A stretch of DNA of 62,523 bases, the filler included, from an uncultured bacterium (GTDB lineage Bacteria > CAYJOG01): NCBI GenBank assembly GCA_964371695.1. It is 14 parts of 14 records of this genome, joined end to end, with 100 filler letters (N's around TTAATTAATTAA, not from the genome) between each part and the next. Parts side by side here need not be neighbours in the genome. Positions count along the whole stretch, not along the records: positions 58,245 to 62,523 come from CAYJOG010000303.1; 13 more parts are not named here. One strand, written 5' to 3'. The notes beneath the pieces were generated by a model. The model was not told the origin of the DNA and ran no database searches. It was given only the letters and a program-made list of their open reading frames with translations. This document shows positions 61,501-62,523 of this stretch, in pieces. A program made the translations under genes and the position numbers. Within the stretch, counting starts at the first letter, position 1; the number at the start of each line of letters is the position of its first letter.

Positions 61501-62523
61501 CTGAATGCCGGTGAGGCAGGGGGCGGGGCCACGGTGTCTTTCGGCAACGTGTCGGGTCTGGTGTTGCACGACAACGGCACGGGGGGCGACGCCGTGGCCG
61601 GGGACGGTGTGTTTGAACTGGATTTTGTGCTGTCGCAGGGGGCCATTCAGGCCAGCGCCTCACAACTGGTGGGGGTGGTTGCCGATGTCCTGGGCAACAC
61701 CGCCAGCATCACCGCCAGCACGCTGCTTTATTTTGCGCCAGCGGGGGGCTGGGACTGTTCTTTTGACGTGTCGGGCCAGCGGCAGACCTGCAACTTCTCC
61801 ATCGGTGACCCGGCGGCCAGCGTGATTGAACTGACCAACCTTTCGGGACAAGAGCAGGATATCGTTTTCAGCCTCAACGGTCGGCATCTGCTGCAAAGCA
61901 CCGCCGAGGCCGTGGCCGAGGCCCAGGCCCAGGGGGCGGCCAATGCCTGGGGCAATTTTGGCAACACGATTTTCAATTACCTGCGGGCGCAGGCGCAAAA
62001 CTACACGCCGCTGAATGGCGATTATTGGCTGCACAACCCGGCGCTTTTTCTCAACAGCCTGGGGTTTGGTTATTGCGATGATCTGTCTGCCGTGTTCAGC
62101 GGTCTGGCCAAGGCGGGGGGCAAACCGGGCCGCGTGTGGTCGCTGACCGACCACGTGGTTTCAGAGCTGTACGACGAAGGCCGCTGGCAGATGTACGACG
62201 CTGATTTTCAGGTGACCTATGTCAACGGCAGCAGTCAGGTGGTGGGGGTGGAAACCATCGCCATCAATCCCAACGATTATCTGCTGGTAGAAGCGCCCGG
62301 CAGTGTGGTGGGGGATTACCCCGACATCAATTATGTCTACGCCACCACCGCCGACAACGTGGTGGACACGTGGTATGACTCCTATTACCCCGACCGTCCC
62401 GTGCGCCTGCGCCTGCCCCCCGGCGGCAGCCTCGGGCGGCCGGGGCGGTTTCTTCCGTCGCTGAGTTGGCTTTATGGCGGCCAGACCAGCACCATGTTCA
62501 CCCCTCTGCGCCAGAAGCTGCCA
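58581..62523 (+). CDS. Giant secreted surface protein: dockerin-like N-terminus, putative-Ig repeats, Big-like domains, two choice-of-anchor-X-like motifs, transglutaminase-like domain (3' truncated)
   Basis: Segments translated by hand across 59356-62523 stay in one frame (absent from the ORF track because it runs off the window end). Flanks of the N-gap join in frame (TGG AGC C|TG AGC GGC). Motifs LTDNGLGADALAGDHVFSG, LHDNGTGGDAVAGDGVF, GFGYCDD..HVVSE..W.MYD. Confidence 0.85.
59356..60200 (+). repeat. 255-bp (85-aa) tandem intragenic Ig-like repeats
   Basis: Equivalent positions at 59356, 59611, 59866 and 60121 (L.G.LP.G.SF.AG.LSG.P); one more unit begins before the gap. Confidence 0.9.

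Overview
This window is not one locus. It is 14 short contigs (about 4.3-4.4 kb each, in decreasing length) from a GC-rich, apparently diderm bacterial draft or MAG, joined by artificial N...TTAATTAATTAA...N spacers. Contigs: 1-4440, 4541-8975, 9076-13507, 13608-18032, 18133-22542, 22643-27051, 27152-31542, 31643-36022, 36123-40479, 40580-44931, 45032-49368, 49469-53763, 53864-58144, 58245-62523. Gene neighbourhoods only mean something inside a contig. Housekeeping and metabolic genes include xerD, guaA, ccr, gcvT/gcvH, queG, a gpmI fragment, aquaporin-arsC, an FdhF/YdeP oxidoreductase, ABC transporters, three AIM24/TIGR00266 genes, SDRs, TPR and ankyrin proteins, and two histidine kinases. 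Most notable: (1) a candidate extracellular electron-transfer cassette (beta-barrel fragment, Reeler/choice-of-anchor-V protein with a CX4CH motif, MtrA/DmsE-like decaheme cytochrome); (2) a four-cysteine dockerin-like module shared between that Reeler protein and a giant Ig-repeat/transglutaminase-like surface protein that the ORF track largely missed; (3) a TPR-TPR-matrixin(VPLPA-like tail)-exosortase cassette; (4) a methylase-terS-terL block with no portal, followed by att/IS21-like ends, a PIN toxin-antitoxin pair and a serine recombinase; (5) a PfkB protein with GxGD changed to GVGE and an acidic/basic tail; (6) several coexisting REP families, often enclosed in TIR-bounded MITE shells. 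No rRNA, intact tRNA or CRISPR array was seen. All calls come from reading motifs by eye; no searches were run.
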